From the NCBI GenBank assembly GCA_010356995.1, contig ML996690.1, positions 265,101 through 329,100 of the forward strand: a stretch of DNA of 64,000 nucleotides, in the 5' to 3' direction. The position numbers and the translations under genes were made by a program. The DNA comes from Trichodelitschia bisporula. Lineage: Eukaryota. Positions within the stretch are counted from its first letter, which is position 1; each line of letters begins with the position of its first letter. The notes under the pieces are model-generated. The model had not been told where the DNA came from. It ran no database searches and worked only from the letters and a program-made list of their open reading frames with translations. Of this stretch, positions 22,629 through 35,254 are shown in pieces.

Positions 22629-24045
22629 GGCGGTGATGTTTGCTGCGTCACTGGTGTTGTCTGCAAGAGCTGGCCGGGGAGCTGTCACATGTGTACAGTA
22701 CATACTCGAGGCGAGCCTTGCATCTCAGGTTCTGCGAATGTCGGCGCCCAATTGTTGTTCCGTTCCGACTATTTGCTTGAACCGATGTTCGACGACATGA
22801 CGTCCTAGTTCGAGTTGCTTTATTGTCTCGGTTGATAAATTCACTTAAAAGATGAACCGCTTCTCCAAGCGCCATGAATGCACTTTTTTTTTGAAAGGAA
22901 CGTTGGCTGAAGGGACGCGGAGTTTCTCGATGCGCGTTCACGGTCCGCGCACAAGACCTTCGAAACGAGCTGTGATTCCCTCCTTCGCCCATCATCTATG
23001 GTAAATATATGCATAGTCATACGGTTACATCCGTATCTAGCATTTCCGGTCTATGCACTTCCCTCTCGTCGGAATGTGGTGATTCCTTGTGCGCTGAGGG
23101 CTTTTGAAAGAGTAGATAGAAAGGTACGCACATTTCACTTCTCTTTACTGCGCCATCTAAGCTCCCTCGGCGGTTGCTTCGTTATTACCGGTGGTAACAG
23201 AGACAAGGTGATCTTAGAGACAGACAAATTATACACTGCAAATGCAGTCCCCACAGCCCGCCATTTCTGTGCACCTGGGATGGAGAGATTCTTGAATGGA
23301 TTTGGGTGGCAGAGCGCCCAAGGCCCATTCACCGCAGCAGATTTCCAAGTATACCGGGCTCCTGCCACCTTGATGGTCTCAGTTAGCGCTCTATACTTTT
23401 CCAAGATTCCGATATCCAAACTCGTGTATACCAAAAGGGAATTGTCGAAGGCTTTAAGATCTGACATATATAGTCCGCCCACGCCCGGTGCGGTTGTGCT
23501 GACGTGTCGCTGATTCGCCGATTCACCGATGCAGTCCGCGTACGACCCATAAAATGGCCCGTGCATATGGTCTGCCAAGCAAATGGTCCGCAATCTGTCA
23601 ATGTCAATAATTCACTCTCTGCCATCAGTCTCCAACTTCACTCTCCAACTTCGCTCTCCAACCCCACTCTCTCCAACTTCGCTGTTACAATTTCACTCTC
23701 GTACGCAAACCCCTCTACCTCAAGCCAAGCTCTTCACCAGGTTTTCTACAAATAAGCTTCCAACAAGCTCGACCTTGAAAGGTATTCTACACTACTACTC
23801 TGAGATTTCTTATGTCGAATTCGGTCATGACAGGTAAGCTCACTTTGCTTCCCACAATGGCCTAGGATTCCATCACCTCGTCTGCGCTTCATATGCACAG
23901 CGTTCTTCCCCTCAAGTACTAGCTGAACACGTATGTGCGACTATGGTGCAGTTCATTTTGTGCCTCTGCTTTTAACATCTCCTACCCATTGAACACGCTT
24001 CTCTTGCAGTTATTGAATGCACAACTGACCTTGACCGTATCAGAA

Positions 24046-26048
24046 ATGGCGGAATCTGACGAAGTCTGGTTGTATCCAGCGACCATGCCTTTGACAAGTG
24101 AAAAGGAGCGGCCCACCTTTTTCCACTCCGAATTCGATCGTACCGTACTCGACTGTTACCGCGATAAGGATATGCTGGTCGCGGAGGGTTTCCGCCCACA
24201 GCCAGTCATAGAGCCGGTACCTGACTCCGATGAGTTATGGTATTCGATTCACAGACCTGACGAAAACGATCTTGTTCTCTCCGCTCTTTTAGACGAATAC
24301 CGCCGGGTGGCGGAGACCGACTTCGCCATCTGGAATCTCAGTCTCAGGGCGTCCCCAGTGACAACTCTGCAACCGAAATTCCACGTAGGCAGCATCTCGG
24401 ACATCAAGTTCTACTTCATTGCACTGGAACGCATGATGTTCCCGGTCTACGCTGTTCCAGTTCAGGTCGTCATTGATGCAGATGATTGCGCAAACGTTCT
24501 CGTGCGTTTCCAGGGGTCATGGCGTCCACTGGCCGAGTTTCTCAACCACATCAAAGAGAACCCTCCGTACATGGCCCGTGATCGCAAGAAAGACTGGAGT
24601 GGCAAGCGTGTGAGCGAATGGCATAAATTCATCATGCCGCGCAAGGGTCCCTTCAAGCTCTTTCAGCTGCCTCCAGAGATCAGGAACATCATTTACAGCA
24701 TGGTTCTCTTCGATGGTCCCGCGGCCGCTTTCCCCTATGCATGGGAGTGGTACCGCAGTAGCCGCCACTTGCTGCACTTCTCGAGACTTCGTCAACGCAA
24801 AGTCAGCGTTCCAAAGAACACCCACCTGGAGATTCTTTCTGTCTCTCGGCGGATAAATGCTGAAGCTACCAACTGCCTCTACAATGTGGCTGGCACGCGC
24901 TTCTACTTCCGGAAACTGGAATTCCTACACAACTTCATGTATCTGCCGTCAAACGTCCTAAACTCAGTTCGGTTTATGGTCCTGTCCCTCTCTTTGACCG
25001 ACTTCGCTCGTCTTTTCCACGCAGCAATCATAGGGGCCAACGGCGCGCCGACCCACTGGCATACAGTACTGCGAGACATTCCACGCTTGCTGAATGTCAC
25101 GTTGATGCTTCGATTTCCTCCTTTGGGCGTCGATGGTGAGCGGTGTACGGGCTTGAACCCTGATGGAACGACCTTTTGGGGCTGCCACACCAAGCGTACC
25201 GATTGGTTGCTTGAGTACCTCATCCCTTGGCTGCAGAACTTGCCCGACGAGAGGCTCGATATCGGTGGCATGGTGAAGCCGGCTCAGATCACGCGCTTCT
25301 TCACTCTCCGGAAAAGATACCACCAATATCAGTCCTTGTTCCGCACGTACTTCTCGGAGTTGTTGACTCCATTGAGGGAATATCACTCCGTGAGCTTGAA
25401 ACATCCACAACCGCGATGGATCACTCGTGGAGACGATGGCCGCCGCCTCGACTTTGAGTTCTGCATAAGGGAAATTCCCCCGTTTCAGCATCCGGGCGGA
25501 AGGTATGTATTTATCACGCCGTTGTATCGCACCTTCTAACATTATGCAGGCCCATGGATTGCACTTGTAAACACGCTTGCGATGTGAATCCCTTCCATCA
25601 GAAGATCTGGCATGACAACGACTATGATGGGTCACCGCCGTCTGAGGACTACGATGAGTACGAGAACCCTGCTTGGGGCCCGAATACCCACACAGGAATC
25701 GACTGGGCAGGCACGGATCTCCAGCCTTACTTGGGTGAAGAATACCGCCAGGACCTGTATCAGCGGGTTTGTGAGGCGAAGCGTGGCACTTTCGAAATCC
25801 CGGAGGACCATTGGATTGAGAAGCGCATCAAAACGCTTCTCATGAGATGCGCACGCATGACTACAACGCCATACATCCAGCAGAAGTGTCCGGAGGTGGT
25901 GCAGTATGCGAATCTCATCCTCGAGTCTGGTCTTGACGGCATAGGATCTGCAATGCAGGCGATTGCTACGGCCAAGCGCGCGAATGCGGAGGCGACTGGT
26001 GCTGTTGCTAAGGTGGCTGCAGCGGTTTATGGCGACGAAGAATGGTAG
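24046..26048 (+). CDS. Uncharacterised protein with an internal F-box-like motif (intron ~25503-25549; upstream exons uncertain)
   Basis: Long ORF with PFKLFQLPPEIRNIIYSMVL and ILSVSRRINAEA; a GTATGT..CTAAC..CAG intron joins it to the PMDCTCKHAC exon. Extra splice signals at 23834-24043 suggest 5' exons. Confidence 0.75.
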
Positions 26049-27511
26049 GCGCAACCTACTCGCCGGCGCTTTCGGCTTCCAAGGAAATCGACATGTGACA
26101 TGAAATGACGTTCCTCTCTTCTAATGACGGTGTGTCCTGATGGAACGATGCTCGATCGTCTCTGTGGAAAGTAATTTCCTAGATAGTAATCACATGGTCA
26201 ACGTCCGCCGTGTGTTCTTTGATGTTCATTTTGACTGCTGCAACCTGTCTCCACCCACTTTCTAACAGGACTGGAAATTCGGGAGACTCTCCTTGCCCTT
26301 CCTTTTCCTGTTTCCTTCCAGTATCTAAACTACGACAACCTCCGCAGCAAATACTCTCACACATGAGTATTGACATTGCCACAGGTTGTCAGAATTCGCC
26401 TCATTTATGATAGAGCTACAGGGAAGGAGCAGCTGACTCTTAAAGGTGTATCCTCAACCGGGGAAGTAGCCAGAGGATGGAAGGGAAGGAACCCTGGAGG
26501 ACAGGACAGCGAGTGTACCTAGACATGAGCAGCTCTGCCACTCCCTCTCTCTTTTCTTTTTCGTGTTTTCCAATGCCTTCACCCTACACTCATTGCTGTT
26601 GCACGTACCTTGAGCCTATGCTCCTATTACAGACCTATATCCCGGGCAATCTGACTAACAACAAGACCTTCGACATGACTTCGAGACTACTGCAATGTGG
26701 TTTAGGCAGGGCAATCTAACGTTAGATTGTGGCAATGCGAGCCCGGTGGCTGTCCCTCACAACGTTGGCCTTTCGTTAAACTATATTGAGGCTGTGCAGT
26801 GTCGACGCACAGGTGAACAACAGAAACACCAAACAATCTTGAGGTTCCGGATTATCTTACGTAGGTGCGATGCTGCAAGGAGTGATGTTAACGCCCGTAT
26901 CTTTCTAGGTCAATGAGTCCATAACGAAAGCCACCGCATTCGCACTCAAACCAGACCATATTCAGCGTCCACATCTCCTCTTTCGAGCCCCAACCCAACG
27001 CACAATCGCTATCTCTACATACCCCAACCGATATTCACCACCCGTTATTCCTCCGAACCTAATAAGTCGGATAGCTCACACCCGCAGCCCCCACCTCCTT
27101 CCCTGAGAAACAACCGAATCTGCACTCCCGCTCTCAAGCCCATAGTTCCCAAAGCGCGCCTCCCGGTCGCATACGACCCTGATTAATTTGGACAAATCGG
27201 CTGGCGAGCGTACCTGAGACGCTCGGAGCAGGCCGCGCCGTGCGGCCCTCTATTTTGCGCGTACATCCCGGTCCGCCGCCCGGCGTCGCAAACGGCGGTC
27301 TCATATTACCATATGAATTACCCGACTGGATATACGCCACTTTGCGGCCCTTTGGAGCCGGTGAGATGGTGGTACTAGATAACGGGCGGCGGGCGCCTGG
27401 GGATACGGGTGCTGAGTTGAGTTTTCTTGACTGTTAACAAGCTTTTTGACTTGAGGACTTGTTCTTGTCGGTCGTTTTCTGAATTGGAGGCTTCTGCTAG
27501 GACTATTCAAG

Positions 27512-28397
27512 ATGCATTTCTCCGCCGTTGTTCTGGCCCTTGTGCCGCTCGTCGCGGGCTCGATCCTCCCAGCTGCTCTTCTCCCGCGCCAAATGCCCGC
27601 CTCCGGCGTCAGCCTCGATGGACATTGCGGCGAGAAGACACCGGCCAACTCGACGTGCGTCGGGAGTCCCTTCGGGAGGTAAGGTTTTCCGAACATCGAG
27701 GCTGAAAGGTGCTGACTGCATCAGTTGCTGCTCGACTTCCGGATACTGTGCGTTAGAAATCGCGGTGTGTAGCGCCTTGCTGATCGTGAACAGGCGGAAG
27801 CGGCGTTGAGTATTGCGGAGCTGGAAACTGCCAGAGCGGAGGTAAGAAGGCGTGCGCCTTTGCTCATACGGCTTTGCTAAGAGAAATGTAGCGTGCACCG
27901 CTCCCGCGACCAATGTCACCAAGGACGGAACCTGTGGTCCAAAGTATAACAATTGGATCTGCGGTGACCGTCACTGGGGCGCGTGCTGCTCCAACGCTGG
28001 CTTTTGTACGTTGTACCGCTCTCTCCAGCCCTGTGACGTCACTAATCATTTCTTTCTTCAGGCGGAAACTCCGAAGCGCACTGCGGAGCCGGATTTTGCC
28101 GTACGTTGCACCCGCAATCCTCACATGCCGATGTTCTTTCTAACAATGTACAGAGAGCGGGCCATGCAAGAAAGAGGCGCCCTCCGGCGGACCGAGTCTC
28201 GATGGAACCTGCGGGCCGAACTTCGCGCGGAATAGGACGTGTACTGGGACTTCGTTCGGGACGTGCTGCTCGAAGTGGGGGTTCTGCGGCAATGGAACTA
28301 CTTATTGTGAGTTGGCTAGCGGAGACGTTAGGATCTGGTGTTAACGTCAGTAGGTGCGAAGGATAGCTGCTTTTCGGGAGATTGCCTGACGGCGTAA
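27512..28397 (+). CDS. Secreted chitin-binding lectin with three hevein/CBM18 domains (7 exons, ~195 aa)
   Basis: Manual splicing over six GT-AG introns gives MHFSAVVLALVPLVAG...DGHCG..TC..SPFGSCCSTSGYCGSGVEYCGAGNCQSGAC...DGTCGP..WGACCSNAGFCGNSEAHCGAGFCQSGPC...DGTCGP..FGTCCSKWGFCGNGTTYCAKDSCFSGDCLTA*. Confidence 0.9.
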
Positions 28398-28607
28398 TGG
28401 GGCATGTGGACCGAGACCATAGGCCGGGAGCGAAATCCCAGAATGGACGGGAGGACTGCCAAACCGCGAACCGGCTAGTCTAGAACATGCTGACGGGAAA
28501 ATTAGGTACTCATTAGCATCTAATAAATTATATTGATACGCCTCCAATGCCATCCATGCTCTTGCATGTCCCCAAAGATGGAAAGAGAAATCGCACAAGC
28601 TCCAACA

Positions 28608-30158
28608 CTAGCCATGCGGTCGCTGATTCCCCTGTAATTCGTGTCTCAAGCTCCACCTCCCCCCTCCGGCGAGTTCCTGTCGTTGCTGAGGCGGCTCGTA
28701 GACCGGCTGCTGAGCGGGATGATACACCGGCGTCGGAGCCGCCGCCATCTCCGCCGCATAAGCAGGATGACCCTGCGGCGGCGACCCAGCATGCAGGTGT
28801 TGCAGCTGCCCATTCTGCGGCGGCATCCGCTGCCCCTGCGCCTGGTTATACGCCGGCGGAATCGGGACCTGCGTCGCCATGACCACAGGCGGCGGCATAC
28901 TCTTCCGCCACTTATCAACATCACTATCATTCGCCAGCTGACTCGGCACCGAGTACCGATTACTCCCAATGTCAGTCCCCGTGCCCACCATGCTCTTGCG
29001 CTCCCTGGCGTGCTTGCGCGATTTGTGGAAGAGGAGGAAGAGGAGCGCGGCGATGAGGAGGCCGGCACCTGCGGCCCCGGCTCCGATCCCGATTTTCACG
29101 TTTTTGGAGAGTAAAGGTTTGGTGCTTTGCAGGGGGTAGTGCTCCGCGTATACGACGTTGACGATGGCGGATGTTGGTCGTGTGGCTCCGCCGCCGGCGG
29201 CACCGTTGTCTGCTGTTACGACTACGGGCGGCGGTGTGAGCGCGTTTGCGAGTGTGCTGTAGCATGGCGTTGCTGCGCCGATGGCGCTGTTCCATAGCTT
29301 ATATCCCCTGCCCAAGCAGTCAGCTAAATCCCTTCTTAATCCCAGACTGGTACTAGCAACTTACGAAGGACAACACCCCCCCTGCGCACTGGCATAATCA
29401 TCCGGACACTTGGCCAAACTAAACACGCGCCCATCCCCCGGCTGCGGCACAAGGGCATTGTTCAGGCTCGGGCCCGCGGTTGTTGTTGCCGCGGAAGGGA
29501 CTTGATAGGGACAGCAGTCGCTCTTGCCGTCTACGCACCCGATCACGGGGATGTAGTACACGGTCGCGCCGTTGATAAGCACGTATGTGGGCGTGGCGCA
29601 GTATCCGACGAGCAAATTGCCGGACCCGGACCAGACGGGTACGGGGGCGTGGGTGCTGCTTGCGGCTATGGCTGTGGCGGCGGATGGGGGGGCTACGGTC
29701 CTGATGCTCACGACTGAGAGCGGGGGGACGGATTCCGTGACTATGATCTTGCTTGGAGTGTCCGGTGTTGGGGTCGTGTTCTTCTGCGTTACAGTCTCTG
29801 TCACGGGCGCCGGTGCAGGCGGTGCGGGTGCGGGCGTCGTAACCGTTGTCCCCGGCGCCGTGACCGTGGTTCCTGGCGCCGTGGTCGTCGCCACCGCAGG
29901 TGGAATTGTCGTCGTTGTCGGGGATGTAGTAGACAAGAGCGGAGAAGTGCTGGTCGTTGAGCAAAATGCAGCGACTTGGTTCGTCCAGCAGCTTGAGCCG
30001 TAGGCGCGGTTGGCACTGTCGACACACGCTTGGATTTTGGAAGAGAGGGCGGCGGAGGTGCTGCATTGGCAGGGCTTTGCGGTGGTTGCGCAGGTTCCGG
30101 CGGCGGATTGGCGGCAGGAGGAGGCGGAGGATTCGATGCTGGCGATGGAGCAGGACAT
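28608..30158 (-). CDS. Single-pass membrane protein: CFEM-like 8-Cys N-terminus, Thr/Pro stalk, second Cys-rich domain, TM helix, Pro/Gln tail (1 intron)
   Basis: Intron ~29362-29310 (GTAAGT..GCTGAC..CAG) joins GGCCPS|GYKLW; TM IGIGAGAAGAGLLIAALLFLLF followed by basic HKSRKH. Confidence 0.8.
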
Positions 30159-31514
30159 TGTGAGGGTGGGACGCTGGAGGGGCGTGGGGATCTGCGGAGG
30201 GCGGGGGAGAGATCTGCGGATGGGAGTCGAGGGGCTTTTAGATGTTCGCGCCTAGGTTTGAGGCTGAGGAGTCTTTCAGCCTTTTCGCCATCTGCGATGT
30301 GCCAAATTGGTGGCGCGAGGCCGAGAGCTCCACCGTTCTTGGCTGGAGAAACGTGGAAAGCTTGACATTGGAAAGAAAGACACTAACCTGTGTCGCGGGA
30401 CCTATAGATATCAATATCATTCTGACGCGGAGGAACGCTTCTCATCCGCAGACACGATGCTCCGATCTCAACCCCGTTACACGAACGCACCTTGAGTAGG
30501 ACGTCCAGTCCACGTCCACTTCCATTATAGATGTGGCTAATAATGGATGGCGAAAGTACGAGCTCCAGCTCACGGTCACATCAGTCCGAACGACCGATCC
30601 AGACCGCGCCTTCGCCACAGAACACGCTTCTTGAGCCTCAAGATAACCTAAAGAGAGTGAAGTGGCGTACCGACGACATCATGGGCTGACCTCCTGAGTT
30701 GGGGGTCGGCCAATGATGGCCCGCCAAGCGAAGCCTCGGTAAACGCCTCAGCCTGATTCGGGGGAACTATGTCGGTTATCGAGTCTGGGGAGTACCGTAG
30801 ATGCTGTTCGAGAAAGCCGATGGATTTGGGGATTTGGGAGGTGGGGATGATGGATATTTGGTGTCGCTATTGTGCGGATGATGTGTTGTTGGTGGATGGT
30901 TTGAGCCGTGATGGGTGTTGATGTTGCAACCGGCCATCATGGAAAGTACGACGGTGAACGAGGAGCGTAGGATTCCAAAGTCACCGCACGAGGATACAAT
31001 GTGTCACGAAGCTCAAGAGTATTATCAGTGGAAAGTGAGAGACATCATAAAAAAAAACTCAAGAGCCCGAGAGATGCCCGCGATTGCAGGCGAGAGGGCT
31101 AAGGCTAACCAGGTTGGAAAGTTCGCCGAAGCGAGCAAGAAGCCGCAAAGATTTTCGAGGGTAAGCACCATCTAACGACCAGGAACAACACCTCGCTGCT
31201 CTTCAGGGAAGCTCAGGAAGTCTATAAACGGCGATCGGCATATGGAGCCGGAGTTTGGAAGGAAGCAATGCTGCGACATGACAGTTAGCTAATGTCTAGA
31301 ACTAATGGCCTGCAGTGGTGTCCGTACCCGTGTGTAAGAATAATGCTCGTGGAAGGTCGCCGTCATCCCGATGTTGAAGAAAAGAGGAAGGAGGAGGGAA
31401 GGCAGGTTTTCCAATCTTCTACATCCCGTAGTCCTGTAAGAATATTCTTCGGAGGGGGCCCAGACGCAGGGTTCTTCTAACCGTACCGCTGAATATCCCA
31501 GCCTTCTTATCGAT

Positions 31515-32000
31515 CTCTGTACTCGATGGTCTCTTAGGATGACTGACTACTCCTAGACACAGCGTTAACCTAGACCTAACTGCAAAGTGCCAGCGGTACA
31601 TGTCTGCGAGGGAGAGCTGTGAGTTTAGTAGGCGCGGGTATTTCCTACCTCCGCTTAGCGAGCAGAGTTAGCCGACCCATATACTCACACAGCTTTCTGT
31701 CACAGACATGTACCGGTGCCACCTACCAGCCGTGTGTAGGCTGACGCTGGACACGGTGACGGGTAGGCCGGTACGGGCTCGTCGTTGAGCCTCAGTATCT
31801 GATGGCCTTTTCCGGGTTGTTGACTGCCTAGATACAGCTTCAGCCCCTACCTATCAGGTTGAAAGAAGCGGTGCATTTCAGGCCAAAGAGAGCTGTGTAA
31901 GCAGGCGTAAGTATTTCCTAGCTCCGCTTCGCAGCAACCGGAGTTAGCAAACCCTCTCGCTCACACAGCACTCTATAGCCAGGAATGCACCGTTTCTTTC
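31515..32000. repeat. Tandem ~275-bp duplication, each copy ending in a ~135-140 nt imperfect hairpin (31587-31722 and 31861-32000)
   Basis: CGGTACATGTCTG...CAGACATGTACCG and GAAAGAAGCGGTGCATT...AATGCACCGTTTCTTTC; shared loop GTATTTCCTA(C/G)CTCCGCTT...GAGTTAGC. Confidence 0.85.
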
Positions 32001-32378
32001 TTCCTTTCAAGTAGGAGCTGATGCTGGGCCAGGTGATTTGAGCGACTGCTGGCGATGTCTGATGTCGGTTGACGGTAGTGGTGATGGAGGTGGTGTTGAC
32101 GTGGTTAAGTAGGCCTCAGACCAAGCGGAATGTTCCGCCCCAGGCCAAAATATGCTACATGAACACAATCCGTCGTAGGGCCAACTGCATTCCACATCCG
32201 CAACCATCATTATAATCAAGGGCTTCATGAGCATATATTACAAGCTTCTTTGAGGCGAGATCGTAGTCTAATATTACAAAATGAGTGGGATATTCTTACA
32301 GCCGCCACTCGTCCTGGGTATCCGCGAACAAACCGTTGTTCCTTACCCTCTACCCAAACGCCATGCCACCACAATGCA

Positions 32379-34183
32379 TCAAACCTTTTCATCGCCAACC
32401 AACTTCTCATCACCGACTAGCTTTTCATCGCCCACCGACCTCGCGCCGCCCGGCGCCTCAACCTCCTCAGTCGGCGCCTCGCCCACCGGATCCTTCAACG
32501 GCGCCTTCGCCTTCCCCTTCCCCCCCCCCTTCTTCGTACTCTTCCACTCCACACACACCGCCGCCAGCAGCGCCAGACACGCAAAAATACACGCCGCCAG
32601 AAACGGGCCCTGCGTAATGGCGTCATTGTACGCCTTCACCACGAGGGGTAACTGCTCCTTGGTGACTAGCTTCCTAATCTCCGTAGCGCCGACATGCGTC
32701 AGTTGATCGATGTTCCCCAGCACCCTGGGGCCTAGTTTCTTGAGGTTGGCGGCGAGTTTGTCGAGGAGCAGGTTTTGGCCCACCGCGACCGCGAGCGTGC
32801 CGCCGGCGTTTTGGAAGAAGAAAATGATTGCCGAGCCGGTGGGGACGTCTTTGTGCGGGAGCACGGTTTGCACGGCGAGACTCGCTTGCTGCAGACCCAT
32901 GCCCAGGCCGAGCCCGCACAGCACCTGGTATCCGATCCAATGCGCATGTCCCGTGTTGGCGTGGAACGTAGTCAGCAGCCCCGTGCCGATGGGCGCGATC
33001 ACAGCGCCGAGAATCATGAACGGCGTGTAGTACCCGATGCGCTGGACGATGATGCCGCAGGCCATGGCCGCGAGGACGAGCGGGAGGATGAATGGCAGCG
33101 ACATGATACCGCTTTTAACGGCGGATACGCCTTTGATGGCTTGGAACCATAGCGCTAGGTAGTAGACGTCCATGAGGAAGGCGGCGCCGTTGACGAATTG
33201 ATAGACTGAGCCGGCGAGGACGGAGCGTTGGAATATGATTCGGCCTGGGATGGTCGGGTAGGGGACGTAGCGTTGGCTTGTGATGAAGCAGATTAGGAGC
33301 ACGGCGAAGACGACGAGCAGCGCGATGATGCGCCCGCTGGACCAGGCGTACGTTGTGCCGCCCCATTGGAGGGCGAGGAGCAGGCAGATGAAGGAGGGGA
33401 GGAAGAAGAAGGTCCCGAACGGATCCAGCTGCCAGAAGATTTCGTTCCAGGTCTTGGGCATCGGCTTCTTCTCTTCGAGGTGCAGGAAGAACCAGAGCCC
33501 TAGAATCACGATACCGCCTAGCGGGACGTTGATGTAGAAGCACCACCGCCACGTCGCCTTGCTGTCCGTGAAGGCTCCGCCGACGAGCGGCCCCGTGACG
33601 GACGCGATGCCGAATATCGCGCCGAAGAAACCCTGGTATGCGGGGCGCTTTTCGAGGGGCACGGTTTGGATCATAATCGTGATAGCCCCAGTAAACACGC
33701 CTGCAGATCCGACGCCAGAGATCGCACGTCCGACAATCAGAGCCACAGAGCTTGGCGCCGCGCCGCTGAGCGCCGACCCAATCTCAAACAGCACAATCCC
33801 GAACAGGAACACCCATTTTGTGTTGCAAAACGTGTAGATGCGTCCGTACAGCAGGATGAAACCAGAAGCCGTGAGCGTGTACGCCGTGCCGTACCATGCG
33901 ATATCTATGCGGGGGTTAGCGTTGCGGGACGTAATTGTGGGGGGGGGGGTGATTTACCGTCAATGGAGTGGAAGCGATCGGTGATGCGGGGAATGGCGCT
34001 CGCGAGGATGGTCCGGTCCAGCGCCACGAGGAACATGGATATGTACAGCGACATCATGATGACCAATGTCTTTGCCGCACTCGGATATACGGGCTCGACA
34101 TTGCTGGGTGTGACGGTGAGGGTGTCTGTCCTAGGCTTCTCAGCCTCGCGGACCGATGACTTGTCTTCGCTCGCGCTGTCCAT
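32379..34183 (-). CDS. MFS drug/toxin efflux transporter (DHA2, 14-TM type), 1 intron ~33957-33906
   Basis: [77 protein letters not shown]. Confidence 0.95.
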
Positions 34184-34730
34184 GGCCGCCAGATAAAAGA
34201 AAACAAGAGAATTAAAAGTTAAGAGAGCGAACGGGTACACATCTGTTAGAGGGCAACAGGAGGAGTGTACAACTCGAGGGGGAATCCGCAGGTTTTAACA
34301 AAGCGGACGGAGATACGGTGCGGAGCAAACACCGGGTTGATTGTTGCTCCGATCATTCCAAAAGGCTGCCTTCCTCTTGCGTCGGAAGTTGGTCGCGATG
34401 CTCGCCGCCGAGCTAGTCAAGAGTCACAGCGCCCCCTCTGGGCCAATGGGAGGGGATATCCACCCCCGAATGTGGGCGCGGGGTCGTGCTGGGCCGAAAG
34501 TCATGGCCATACGGATGGCTTGGTGGGTGGGCACGAGAGGGCTTGATGGAGTTAAGCTTTGCAATGCGGGTAGCTAGCCGAGCGGACAGGGCCGAAGCCG
34601 GTCCCGATACCGTATTCAAACGCGCGATCGCCCTAAAGGGGGTAGCACGAAAAATGTTCTAGGGGATGGTTTCGAGTTGTTGATCGCGGCCATGGCGATG
34701 TCAATTATCTCCGTAGCCCAAGCAGCGCAC

Positions 34731-34780
34731 CAGCAACGCACTGCAACGCTCAGCAACGCACAGCAACGCACAGCAACGCA
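34731..34780. repeat. 10-bp minisatellite (AGCAACGCAC)x~5 in the MFS/TF divergent promoter
   Basis: Read directly. Confidence 0.9.
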
Positions 34781-35254
34781 GAGCGCGGTAAACAGAGATA
34801 GACACGATACGCGCCCACTGAAAGCCATCCTTCAATTGAAGCCAATGCAAACCCAAGCTGAGTTGGGACAACGCAAGCGGCGAGCAGCAACTTTTCCCGC
34901 CCACTCCATCCTCCACCTCCCCATGCCTCACCCCTCCTTCGCGCCAATGCAGCTCACGCTCGGCGACGCCATCTCGCATATCATGCACGTCTCGGTCCCT
35001 CTCGGCTCCGAGCTTGGGAACCTGCTGCCTACGCCCTACGACGACCATCGTCTCCATCGCATCCAGGCACCGAAAAGCCCATCATCGCCGTTTAATTCAC
35101 CCCTTCCTTGTGGACACGCCAAAATCCCTCCCCGGCAGCCTAGTCCCTTGTGTATCTAAATGATCCACCCTCGGCGTCCAGCACCACATGCCGTCCGCCG
35201 CGTCCCGGATCTCGTCGCGCTTAATCAACTAGTTCTAATCAAAGCATACAGCAA

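Noticed and set aside
22998..23593. Overlapping 171-aa and 152-aa ORFs
   Set aside because: No recognisable motif or codon bias; cannot be supported as genes.
27240..27437. Short protein-like frame (LILPYELPDWIYATLRPFG)
   Set aside because: No ATG or exon structure and no recognisable family.
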